The notes under the pieces: model-generated
Databases searched by the model: none
Told to the model about the DNA's origin: nothing
What the model saw: only the letters and a program-made list of their open reading frames with translations
Assembly: GCF_009914755.1 (NCBI RefSeq)
Contig: NC_060940.1
From: the human T2T-CHM13v2.0 reference genome, Homo sapiens
DNA length: 64,000 bases
Reading direction: 5' to 3' (one strand)
Part shown: one piece after another, positions 1 through 12,664 of the stretch
Numbering within the stretch: position 1 is the first letter of the stretch
Layout of the letters: each line of letters starts with the position of its first letter
Position numbers and translations under genes: made by a program

Positions 1-3000
1 CATTTGATGATTCCATTCTATTCTATTCGATGATGATTCCATTCGATTCCATTCGATGATGATTGGATTCGATTCCATTTGATGATTTCATTTGATTCAA
101 TTCGATGATGATTTCGATCAATTCCATTCGATGATTCCATTCGATTCCATTTGATAATGATTACATCCGAGTCCATTCGATGATTCCATTTGAGCCCGTT
201 CGATAATTCCATTTGAGTCCAATCAATGATTCCATTCATTTCCATTCAATGATTCCATTCGAGTCCATTTGATCATTCCGGTAGGGTCCGTTCGATGTTG
301 ATTCCATTGGAGTGCCTTCGATGATTCCATTCGAGTCCATTTTAGGATTTGATTCGAGTCCTTTCGATGATTCCATTCGATTCCACTCGATGATGATTTC
401 ATTCGAGTCCATTCGACACTTCCAATCGATTCCATTTGATGTTTCCATTCGAGTCCAATTGATGATTCCATTCAATTCCATTCGATGATGATTCCGTACG
501 ATTCCATTCTGTGATGATTCCATGTGATTGCATTCAATGATGATTCCTTTCGATTGCATTCGATTATGATTCATTTCGTGTTCATTCTATGGTTCCACAG
601 GTTTCACATCGTGTCCATTCCATTATTCCATTCTATTCCATTTGATGATGATTCCATTCGATTCCATTCATTGGTGATTCCACTCAATTCCATTCAATGA
701 TTCCATTCCATTTCTTTCAACAATGATTCCATTAGTTTCTAATCGATGATCCACTTGATTCCATTTGACGATGATTCCATTCTTGTCCATTCGATGATTC
801 CATTTGATTCCATATGATGATGATTCCATTCGATTCCACACGATGATTATTCCATTCGAGTCCATTCAATGGTGATTCCATTCAATTCCATTCGATGATT
901 CCTTTCGATTCCATTTGATGATGATGGCATTCGATTCCTTTCAATCATTCCCTTTGATTCCACTCAAAGGTGATTTCATTCAAGTCCATTCGATAATTGC
1001 ATTCGATTCCATTCTATGATGATTCCATTCGAGTCCATTTGATGATTCCATTCAATTCAAGTCAATGATGATTCCATTCGATTCCATTCGATGATTCCAT
1101 TGGATTCCATTCGATGATGATTCCATTCAAATCCATTCGATAATTCAATTCACGTCCATTCGATGATGATTCCAATCGAATCCATTCAAAGATTCCATTC
1201 AATTCCATTCGATGATTCCCTTAGATTCCATTCGATGATTCCACTTGATTCCATTTACGATGATTCCATTCGATTCCATGTGATGATTCCATTCAATTCT
1301 ATTCAATGATGTTTCCATTTGATTCCATTCGACCATGATTGCCTTTGATTCCATTCAATGATTCCATTCGGTTCCGTTTGATGATGATTCCGTTCGATTC
1401 CATTTGATGATTCCATTTGATTCCATTGGATGAGTCCATTCGATTACATTCGATGATTATTCCATTCGAGTGCATTAGATGATTCCATTCGAGTCCATTC
1501 GATGATTCCATTCGAGTCCATTCGATGATTCCATTCGATTCCATTCGATGTTGATTCTGTTCAAATCCATTCGATGATTCCACTCGATTCCATTCGATGA
1601 CTCCATTTGATCCCATTCGATGATTTCCTTTGATTCCCTTTGATGATCATTCCATTTGATTCAATTCGGTGATTTCATTTGATTCCATTCAGTGATGTTT
1701 CCATTCGACTCCATTCGATGATGATTCCATTCGACTACATTCGATTATGATTTCATTCAATTCCATTCGATAAAGATTCCCTTCGAGTCCAAACTATGAT
1801 TCCATTCGATTCCATTCAACGATGATTTGATTCGTGTCCATTCGATGATTCCATTTGATTCCACTTGATGAGGATTCCATTCGAGTCCATTTGATGATTC
1901 CATTCAATTCCATTCTCCGATGATTTCTTTTGAGCCCATTCAATGCTTCCACTCGATTACATATGATGATGACTCCATTCGATGAAACTCGATGATGATT
2001 CCATTCGCTTGCATTCGATGATGATTCCACTTGAGTCCGTTAGAAGATTCTATTCAATTACATTCCATGACGATTCTGTTCGAGTCCATTTGATGATTCC
2101 ATTACACTCCATTCGACAATGATTCCATTCAATGTTATTCGATGATTCCATTCGATCTCATTCGATGATGATTCCATTCAAGTCCATTCGATGTTTCCAT
2201 TCGAGTTCATTCTATTATTCCATTAGATTCCATTCGATGATGATTCCATTCGATTCCATTTGATGATTGCATTCTATTTCATTTGATGATGATTCCATTC
2301 GAGTCCATTCGATGATTCCATTCGAGTCCATTTAATGAATCCATTGGTTTCAATTCTATGATGATTATATTGGATTCCATTCGTTGATGATTTCATTCGA
2401 TTCCATTCAATGATGATTCCATTCAATTCCATTCAATGATTCCATTCAATTCCATACGATGATGATTCCATTTGATTTGATTCGACAGTGAGCCATTCGA
2501 TTCAATTCCATGATGATTCTGTTTGATTCACTTGGTTGACATTTCCATTCGATTCCATTCGATGATGATTCCATTTGATTCCATTCAAAGATGATTCCAT
2601 TCTAGCCCATTCAATCATTCCATTCGATTCTATTCAATGATGATTCCATTCATGTCGATTTGGTGATTCCATTTGACTTCATTTGATGATGATTCCTTTC
2701 AAGTTCATTAGATGATTCCATTCGATTCCATTTGATGATGATCCCATTCGAGTCCATTCAGTGATTCCACTCGTTTCCATTCCATGATGATTCCATTCCA
2801 TTCCATTCAATGATTCCATTCGATTCCGTTTGATGATGATTTCATTCGAGTCCATTTGATGATTCCATTTGATTCCATTCGATGATGATTCCATTCGAGT
2901 CCATTCGATGATTCTATTCGAATCCATTTGATGATTTCTTTTGATTATATTTGGTGATGATTCCATTGGAGTCCATTCAATGATTCCATTCGATTCCAAT

Positions 3001-6000
3001 CGATGGTGGTTCCATTAGAGTCCATTTAATGATTCCATTTGATTCCAGTCTCTGATGTTTACATTCGAGTCCATACGATGATTCCACTCAATTCCATATG
3101 ATGATGATTCCATTCGATTCCATTCGATGATTCCATTCTATTCTATTCAATGGTGATTCCATTCGAGTACATTAGATGATTCCATTCGATTCCATTCAAT
3201 GATGATTCTATTTGTGTCCCTTAGATGATTCCACATGATTCCATTAGATGATGATACTATTTGAGCCCATCCAATGATTCCCTTCGATTCCATTCGATGA
3301 GGATTCCATTCGATTCAATTCATTGGTGATTCTATTCAATTCAATTCTTTGATTCAATTCCATTCCATTCGACAATGATTCCATTCGATTTCTTTCGATG
3401 ATTCCACTCAATTTCACTTGACATTGATTCCATTCGATTCCATTCAATGATTCCATTTGATTCCAGTGGATGATGATTGCCGTCGATTCCATTCGATCAC
3501 TCCATTCTGTTCCATTTGATGATGATTACATTCGATTCCATTTGATGATTCCATCTGATTCTATTTGAGGATTCCATTTGATTCCATTCGATGATGATTC
3601 CATTCGAGTCCATTCGATGGTTTCATTCGAGTACATCCAATGATTCCATTCGAGTCCATTTGATGATTCCATTTCATTCCATTTGATTATGATTCTACTA
3701 GAGTCCATTCAATGACTCCATTCGAGTCCATTCAACAGTTCCATCCGAGTCCATTCGATGATTCCATTCGATTCCATTTGATGATTCCATTCGAGTCCAT
3801 TTAATCATTACAGTCGAGTCCATTTGGTGATTCCACTGGATTTCTTTTGATAATGATACCATTCAATTACATTTGATGATGATCCCATTCAATTTCATTT
3901 GATGATGATTCCATTAGAGTCCATTCCCTGATTTCATTCGAGTCCCTTCATTGATTCCATCCGATTTCATTTCATGATGACTCCATTCGAGTCCATTCGA
4001 TGATTCCACTCGATTCCTTTAGATGATTCCATTGGAGTCCATTTGATTGTTCCATTCGATTCCATTCGATTCCTTTCGAAGATTATTCCATTTGAGTCCA
4101 TTCGATGATGATTCCATTCCATTCCATTCGATGATTCCGTTTGATTCCATTCGATGATTCCCTGCGATTCCTTTCTATGATGATTCCATTCCATTCCATT
4201 CAATGATTCCATTCGAATGTATTCCATGATGATTCCTTTCGATTCCATTCGCTGATGTTTCCGTTCAATTCCATTCGATGATGATTCCATTCGATTCCAT
4301 TCATTGAGGATTCCATTGGATTCCATTCAATGATGATTCCATTCTATTCCATTCAATGATTGCATTCAATTCCATTCAATGATTATGCCATTAGAGTAAA
4401 TTCAACGATTCCATTCAATACCATTCGATGATGATTCCTTTTGAGTCCATTCAATGATTTCATTCAAGTCCATTTGATGATTCCTTTCAATTCCATTCCA
4501 TGATGATTCCATTCGAGTCCATTCGATGATTCCATTCGATTGCATTCGATGATTCCATTATATTCCATTCAACGATGATTCCATTCGAGTCCATTCGATG
4601 ATTCCATTAGAGTACATTTAATGATTGCTTTGTTTTCAATTCGAAGATGATTACATTGGATTCCATTCTATGATTCCATTCGATTGCATTCATTGATGAT
4701 TCCACCCAATTCCATTCGATGATGATTCCATTCGATTTCAATGATTCTACTCGATTCCATTCAATGATGATTCAATTCTATTCCGTTTGATGATTCCATT
4801 AGATTCCATTCTATGATGATTCCATTCGAGTCCATTCGAAGATTTCATTCGATTACATTCCATGACGATTCCATTCGAGTCCATTCGATGATTCCATTTG
4901 AATCCATTCGACGATGATTCCATTTGATGCTATCCGATGATTCCATTGGATTCCATTCGATGATGATTCCATTCGACTTGATTTGATGTTTCTATTTGAG
5001 TCCATTCGGTTATTTTATTAGACTACATTCGATGATGATTCCATTCGATGCCATTCAATGATTCCATTTGATTCCACTCAATGATGATTGCATTCGTGTC
5101 CATTCGATGATTCCATTTGGTTCCATTTGATGATGATTCCATTCGAGTCCATTCGATGATACCATTCAATTCCATTCGATGATCATTCCATTCGAATCCA
5201 TTTGATGATTCCACTCAATTCCATTTGATGACTCCTTTCATTCCCATTCGATGATTCCCTTCAGTTCCAATTGGATGATCTTTCCATTTGATTCAATATG
5301 GTGACTCCATTCTATTATATTCAATGATGATTCCATTCGACTCCATTAGATGATGACTCCATTCCATTCCATTCGATTGTGATTTCATTCGATTCCATTC
5401 GAAGATGATTCCATTCGAGTCCATTTGATGATTCCATTCGATTCCATTCAATGATGATTCCACTCAAATCCATTGGATGATTCCATTCGTTTCCAATTGG
5501 TGATTTCATTAGATTCCATTCGAGGATGATTCTATTCGAGTCCATTCAATGATTCCATTGGATTCCGTTTGATAATGATTCCATTAGAGTTCATTCGATG
5601 ATTCCCTTCGAGTCCATTCGATTATTTCTTTTGATTCCATTTGATGATGATTCCATTCGATTCCATTCAATGATTCCATTCCATTCCATTCGATGATGAT
5701 TCCATTCGATAATGATTACATTCGAGCCCATGTGATGATTCCATTAGATTCTATTCAATGATGATTCCATTCGACCACATTCGATGATGGCATTCGAGTC
5801 CATTCGATGATTTCACTCGATTCCACTTGATGATGATTCCTTTTGAGTCCATTTGATGATTACATTCGAGTCCATGAGATGACTCCATTCGATTCCATTT
5901 CATGATGATGCAATTCGAGGCTATTCGATCATCCCATTTTAGTGCATTCGGTGATTCTCTTTTATTACATTCGATGAGGGCTCCATTCGAGTCCATTCAA

Positions 6001-7689
6001 TGATTCCATTAGATTCCACTCGATGATGATTCCATTTGAGTCCATTCAAAGATTCCTTTCGAGTCCATTCGATAATTCTATTGGATTCCACTAGGTGATG
6101 ATTCCTTTCGAGTCAATTCGATGATTCCTTTCAAGTGCCTTCAATGATTCCATTCGATTCCATTCGATGACGATTCATTTCAAGTCCATTCAATGGTTCC
6201 ATTCTGTTGAATTTGATGGTTCCATTTGATTCCATTCGATGATGATTCCATTCGTGTCCATTGGATGATTCCATTCGATTCCTTTCGAGGAAGATTCCAT
6301 TCGACTCCATTCGATGATTCCGTTCGATTCCATTCCATGATGATTCCATTTGATTCCATTCCATGATTCCATTCGATACCATTCGATGATGATTCCATTC
6401 GACTCCATTTGATGAATCCATTCAATGCTTCCATTCGAGTCCATTCGATGATTCCATTCGATTCCATTCCATGAAGATTCCATTCGAGTACATTTGATGA
6501 TTCCATTTAATTCCATAGGATGATGATTCTATTAGGGTCCGTTGACTATTCCATTCAATTCCATTCGAAGATTCCATTCGAGTCCACTCGATGATTCTAT
6601 TTGATTCCATTTGATAATTCCATTCGATTCCATTTGATGTTGATTCCATTCGAGTCCATTCGATCATTATTACATTTGATTCTATTCGATGATTCCATTC
6701 GATTCCATTTGATGAGGATTCCATTCGAGACCATTTGATGATTCCATTCAATTCCATTGGATGATTCCAATATTTTCCATTAGATGATGATTCCATTCGA
6801 TTCCATTCAATGATGATTCCATCAGAATCCATTCGATGATGACTCCTTTTGCTTCCATTCAATGATCATTACATTCGGTTCCATTCGATGATGATTCCTT
6901 TGGATTCCATTCGATGATGCTTCCATTCGATTCCATTTGATGATGATTCTTTTCGATTCCATTTGATGATGATTCCATTTGATTCCATTCGATGGTGATT
7001 CCATTTGATGATTCCATTCGATTGTATTCGATGATGATTCCACTCGATTCTATTTGATGATGACTGCATTCGATTCCATTTGATGATTCCATTTGATTCC
7101 ATTCGATGATGATTCTGATCAATTGCATTCGATGATCCATTCGATTCCATTTGATGGTTCCATTTGATTCCATTTGATAATGATTCCTTTCGAGTCCATT
7201 CGATGATTCCATTTGCGGATATTCGATAATTCCATTTGAGTCCAACCGATGATTCCATTCGAGGCCATTCAATCATTCTTTTTGAGTCCTTTCGATAAAG
7301 ATTCCATTTTAGTCCATTCAATAATTCCACTGGAGTCCATTCGATGATTGCTTTTAATTCCATTCGATGATATTCCATTCGAGTCCATTCGATGATTCCA
7401 TTCGTTGCTATTAGATGATGATTCCATTCATGACCATTTGGTGATTCCATTCGATTTCATTCGTTGATGATTCCATTCGAGTCCATTCCATGATTCCATT
7501 CAAGTCCATTTGATGATTTCTTTGAATTCAATTCGATGATGATTCCATTCGAGTCCATTCGATGATTCCATTCAGTTCCATTCGATGATGATTCCTTTCG
7601 AGACCATATGATGATTCCATTTGATTTCATTCGATGATGATTCCATTCGATTCCATTCGATGATTCCATTCTATTCCATTCGATGATGA

Positions 7690-9130
7690 TTCCATTCGAG
7701 TCCATTTAATGATTCCATTGGGTTCAATTCAATGATGATTACATTGGATTCTCTTCTATGATACCATTCAATTCCGTTCATTGACAATTTGATTCCATTC
7801 GATGATGATTCCATTTGAGTTCATTCGATGATTCTATTCGATTCTCTTCGATGGTGATTCAATTCTATTATATTGGATGATTCCATTCGATTCCATTTGA
7901 TGTTGATTCAATTCGATTCTATTCGATGATGATTCCATTGGATTTCATTTGATGATTCTATTCGATTCCATTCAATGATGATTCACTTCTCGTCCATTGG
8001 ATGATTCCATTTCATTCCATTCGATGATGATTCCATTCGATTCCATTCGATGATTCCATTTGATTCCATTCGACGGTGAGCAATTCGATTCAATTCCATG
8101 ATGATTCTATTTGATTCAGTTAGATGATGTTTCCATTCGAATCCATTCCATGATTATTCCATTGGAATCCATTCGGCGATGATTCCATATGAGTCAATTC
8201 AATGATGCTTCCATATGGGTCAGTTCGATGATAATTCCATTTGATTTCATTCGATGCTTCTATTCAATTCCAGTCGATGATGATTCCGTTGGAGTCCATA
8301 CGATGACTCCATTTGATTTCATTTGATGATGATTCCATTCGATTCCATTCGATGACTCCATTCTGTTCCATTCGATGATGATTCCATTCGAGTCCATTCG
8401 ATGATTCCATTCGAGTCCATTTCATGATTCCATTGGGTTCAATTCGATGATGATTACACTGGATTCCATTCTATGATTCCATTCAATTCCATTCGTTGAT
8501 GATTCGATTCCATTCAATGATGATTCCATTTGAGTTCATTCGATGATTCTATTCGATTCCGTTCGATGGTGATTCAATTCTATTATATTGGATGATTCCA
8601 TTCGATTCCATTTGATGATGATTCCATTCGATTCCATTCGATGATGATTCCATTTGATTCCATTTGATGTTGATTCTATTCGATTCTATTCAATGATGAT
8701 TCCATTCGATTTCATTTGATGATTCTATTCGATTCCTTTCGATGATTCTATTCCATTCCATTCGATGATGATTCAATTCTCTTCCATTGGATGATTCCAT
8801 TTTATTCCATTCGACGATGACTCCATTTGATTCCATTCAATGATGATTCCATTCGATTCCATTCGGTGATTCCATTTGATTCCATTCGACGGTGAGCAAT
8901 TTGATTCAATTCCATAATGATTCTATTTGATTCAATTAGATGATGTTTCCATTCGAATCCATTCGGTGATGATTCCATTGGTATCCATTCGACGATGATT
9001 CCATATGAGTCAATTCGATGATGATTCCATACGAGTCCGTTGGATGATAATTCCATTTGATTTCATTCATTCCTTCTATTCGATTCCACTTGATGATGAT
9101 TCCATCTGAATCCATTCTCCGATTCCATTC
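7690..9130 (+). repeat. Older diverged ~715-816-bp tandem duplication within the HOR unit (approximate boundaries; present in all four units)
   Basis: Rare landmarks recur: GGGTTCAATTC at 7720 and 8435 (+715), TTCTATTATATTGGATG at ~7863 and ~8578, and GACGGTGAGCAAT with GGTGAG at 8075 and 8891 (+816). Confidence 0.8.
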
Positions 9131-10655
9131 GATTTCATTCGATGCTTCTATTTGATTTCATTCGAAGATGATTCCTTTCAATTCCGTTCATTAATTCCAT
9201 TTGATTCCATTCGATGATGATTCCATCCGATTCCATTGGATGATGATTCCATTCGAGTCCATTCGATGATTCCGTTCTAATCCATTCTATGATTCCATTC
9301 GAGTCCATTCGATGATTCCATTCGATTCCATTCAGTGATGATTCCATTTGATTCCATCTGATGATGATTTCATTTGATTCCATTCGATGATGATTCCATT
9401 GGAGTCCATTGAATGATTCAATTCAATTCCATTCCATGTGGATTCCATTCGAATTCATTCGATTATTCCATTCAAATCCCTTCGTTGATTCCATCTGATT
9501 CCACTTGACGATGATTCCATTCAAGTCCAATCGATGATTCCATTCGGTTCCATTCAATGATTCCATTCGAGTCCATTTATGTATTATATTCGTGTCCACT
9601 TGATGACTCACTCCATTCAATTCCATTTAATGATGATTCCATTTGATTCCATTTGATGATTCAGTTCGATTCCTTACAATGATTCCCTACGATTCCTTTC
9701 TATGATGATTCCATTCGATTCCATTCATTGATGATTCCATTCGACTCCATTCGATGATGATTCCTTTCGATTCCATTTGACGATGTTTCCATTTGAGTCC
9801 ATTCGATGATGATTCCATTGGTATCCATTCGACGATGATTCCATATGAGTCAATTCGATGATGATTCCATACGAGTCCGTTGGATGATAATTCCATTTGA
9901 TTTCATTCAATCCTTCTATTCGATTCCATTTGATGATGATTCCATCTGAATCCATTCTCCGATTCCATTCGATTTCATTCGATGCTTCTATTTGATTTCA
10001 TTCGAAGATGATTCCTTTCAATTCCATTCATTAATTCCATTTGATTCCATTCGATGATGATTCCATCCGATTCCATTGGATGATGATTCCACTCGAGTCC
10101 ATTCGATGATTCCGTTCTAATCCATTCTATGATTCCATTCGAGTCCATTCGATGATTCCATTCGATTCCATTCAGTGATGATTCCATTTGATTCCATCTG
10201 ATGATGATTTCATTTGATTCCATTCGATGATGATTCCATTGGAGTCCATTGAATGATTCAATTCAATTCCATTCCATGTGGATTCCATTCGAATTCATTC
10301 GATTATTCCATTCAAATCCCTTCGTTGATTCCATCTGATTCCACTTGACGATGATTCCATTCAAGTCCAATCGATGATTCCATTCGGTTCCATTCAATGA
10401 TTCCATTCGAGTCCATTTATGTATTATATTCGTGTCCACTTGATGACTCACTCCATTCAATTCCATTTAATGATGATTCCATTTGATTCCATTTGATGAT
10501 TCAGTTCGATTCCTTACAATGATTCCCTACGATTCCTTTCTATGATGATTCCATTCGATTCCATTCATTGATGATTCCATTCGACTCCATTCGATGATGA
10601 TTCCTTTCGATTCCATTTGACGATGTTTCCATTTGAGTCCATTCGATGATGATTC
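8967..10655 (+). repeat. 840-bp internal tandem duplication in HOR unit 1 (2 copies)
   Basis: ORFs 9135/9975 and 9423/10263 are identical at +840. Identity starts at 8967/9807 and ends at 10655. Differences seen at 9070, 9089, 9186 and 9252. Confidence 0.95.
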
Positions 10656-12664
10656 AATTCAGTTCTGTTCTATTATGAATCCATTCGATTTCATTCAATG
10701 CTTCTATTTGATTCCATTCGACGATGATTCCATCTCTTTCCCTTCGATGATTCCATTTGATTCCATTCAGTGATGATTCCATTTGATTCCATCTGATGAT
10801 GATTTCACTTGATTCATTTCAATGATGATTCCATTCAAGTCCATTCGATGATTCCATTGGAGTCCAAACGATCATTCCATTCGATTCCATTCAATGATGA
10901 TTCCATTCATGTCCATTCAATGAATCCTTTCAATTCCATTCGATGATGACTCCATTCGAGTACATTCGATGATTCCATTTGATTCCATCTGATGATGATT
11001 ACATTCAATTCCATTCGAAGATGATTCCATTCAATTCCACTTGATGATGATTCCGTATGAATCCATTCGCTGATTATTCCATTCGATTCCATTCATTGAC
11101 GATTCCATTCGATTCCATTCAATGATGATTCTCTTCTATTGCATTCGATGATTCCGTTCGATTCCATTCGATGATGATTCCATTAGATTCCATTCGATTG
11201 TTGCATTCGATTCCCTTCGATGATGATTCCTTTGAATTCCATTCGATTATGATTCCGTATGAATCCATTTGATGATTATTCCATTGGATTCCTTTCGATG
11301 ATGATTCCATTCGATTCCATTTGATGATGTTTCTCATGTATTCCATTTGATAATTCCTTTCAATTCCCTTCGATGATGATTCTTTCGAGTCAATTCGATG
11401 ATTCTATTCCATTCCCTTCGATGATGATTCCATTTCACTCCATTCGATGATTCCATTCGATTCAATTTGGTGATGATTCAATTCGATGACATTCGATGAC
11501 TCCATTCAATTTCATTTGATGATGATTACATTCGAGTCCATTTGATGATTGTATTCCTTTCCTTTTGATGATTATTCCATTCGTGTCTATTCAAAGATTC
11601 CATTCTATTCCATTCAACGATGATTCCAATTGATTCCATTCAATGATTATGGCTATCGATTCCACTCGTTGATTCCATTTGATTCCATTCGATGATTATT
11701 CCGTTAGATTCCATTAGGAGATTCCATTCGATTTTATTCAATGATTCCAATTGATTCCATTCAATGATGATTCCATTCGACTCCATTCAGTGATTCCATT
11801 TGAGTCCATTTGATGATTCCATTCGAGTCCATTTGGTGATTCCATTCTTTTCCATTTGATGATGATTCCATTAGGGTCCATTCAATGATTCCATTCGAGT
11901 CCATTCGTTAATGCCTTTCGAGTCCTTTTGATCACTACATTCGAGTCCATTCAATGATTCTATTCGATTCCATTCCATGATGATTCCATTCGAGTTCATT
12001 CGATGATTGCATTCGAGTCCATTTGATGATTCCATAAGATTCCATTCGACAATGATTCCATTCGTGTCCATTTGATGATTCCATTCATTTCCTATCGATG
12101 AAGATTCCATTCGAGTGTATTCGATGATTCCATTCAAATCCATTCGATGATGATTCCATTCCAGTCCATTCGATCATTCCACTTGATTCCATTTGATGAC
12201 TATTCCATTCAAATCCATTTGATGATTCCATTCGATTCCATTCGATGTTACCATTCCAGTATATACGATGATTCCACTCGATTCCATTTGATGATTATTC
12301 CATTGGAGTCGACTTAGTGAATCCTTTAGATTCTACTCGAAGATGATTCCATTCGAGTCCATTCGATGATACCATTCAATTCCATTCGTTGATGCTTCCA
12401 TTCAAGTGCATTCGATGATATCATTCGATTCCATTTGATGATAATTCCATTTGATTCCATGTGATGATTCTATTCCATTCCATTCAATGATAATTCCATT
12501 CAATTCAGTGATTCCTCTGGACTCCATTTGATGATGATTCCATTCAATGATTCCATTCGATTCTATTCGAAAATGATTCCATTTGAATCCATTTGATGAT
12601 GATTCCATTCGATTCCATTTGATGATTCCATTCGATTCCATTCGACGATGATTCCATTCGATTC

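Larger units (their letters stand above)
1..12664 (+). repeat. 12,664-bp higher-order repeat, unit 1 (phase set arbitrarily by window start)
   Basis: Sequence at 1 (catttgatgattccattctattctattcga) recurs at 12665. Every ORF recurs at +12664 with identical translation (18->12682, 6869->19533, 12402->25066). Confidence 0.97.

Noticed and set aside
60-70. Near-match to the DUX4 motif (TGATTGGATTC versus the reverse complement of TAAYYYAATCA), once per unit
   Set aside because: It has a mismatch in the conserved half-site, and near-matches are expected in TGATT-rich satellite. DUX4 activation of HSATII is known, but this site cannot be supported without ChIP/CUT&RUN data.
270-620. Atypical-looking patches (CCGGTAGGGTCCG, GGTTCCACAGG) as possible insertions or transposon remnants
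   Set aside because: They stay in satellite register and are explained by clustered substitutions. There is no target-site duplication, poly(A) tail or Alu/L1/LTR sequence.
6461-6580. Possible heat-shock elements (GAAGATTC)
   Set aside because: Only two-pentamer matches are present, and I saw no correctly spaced triple nGAAn. HSF1 stress bodies are mainly a HSATIII feature.
283-12410. Possible dimer of a ~6.3-kb unit (AGGGTCC at 283/6534, CAAGTGC at ~6133/~12403)
   Set aside because: The offsets disagree (~6251 versus ~6270, against 6332 expected) and the flanks do not align convincingly by eye. A dot-plot is needed.
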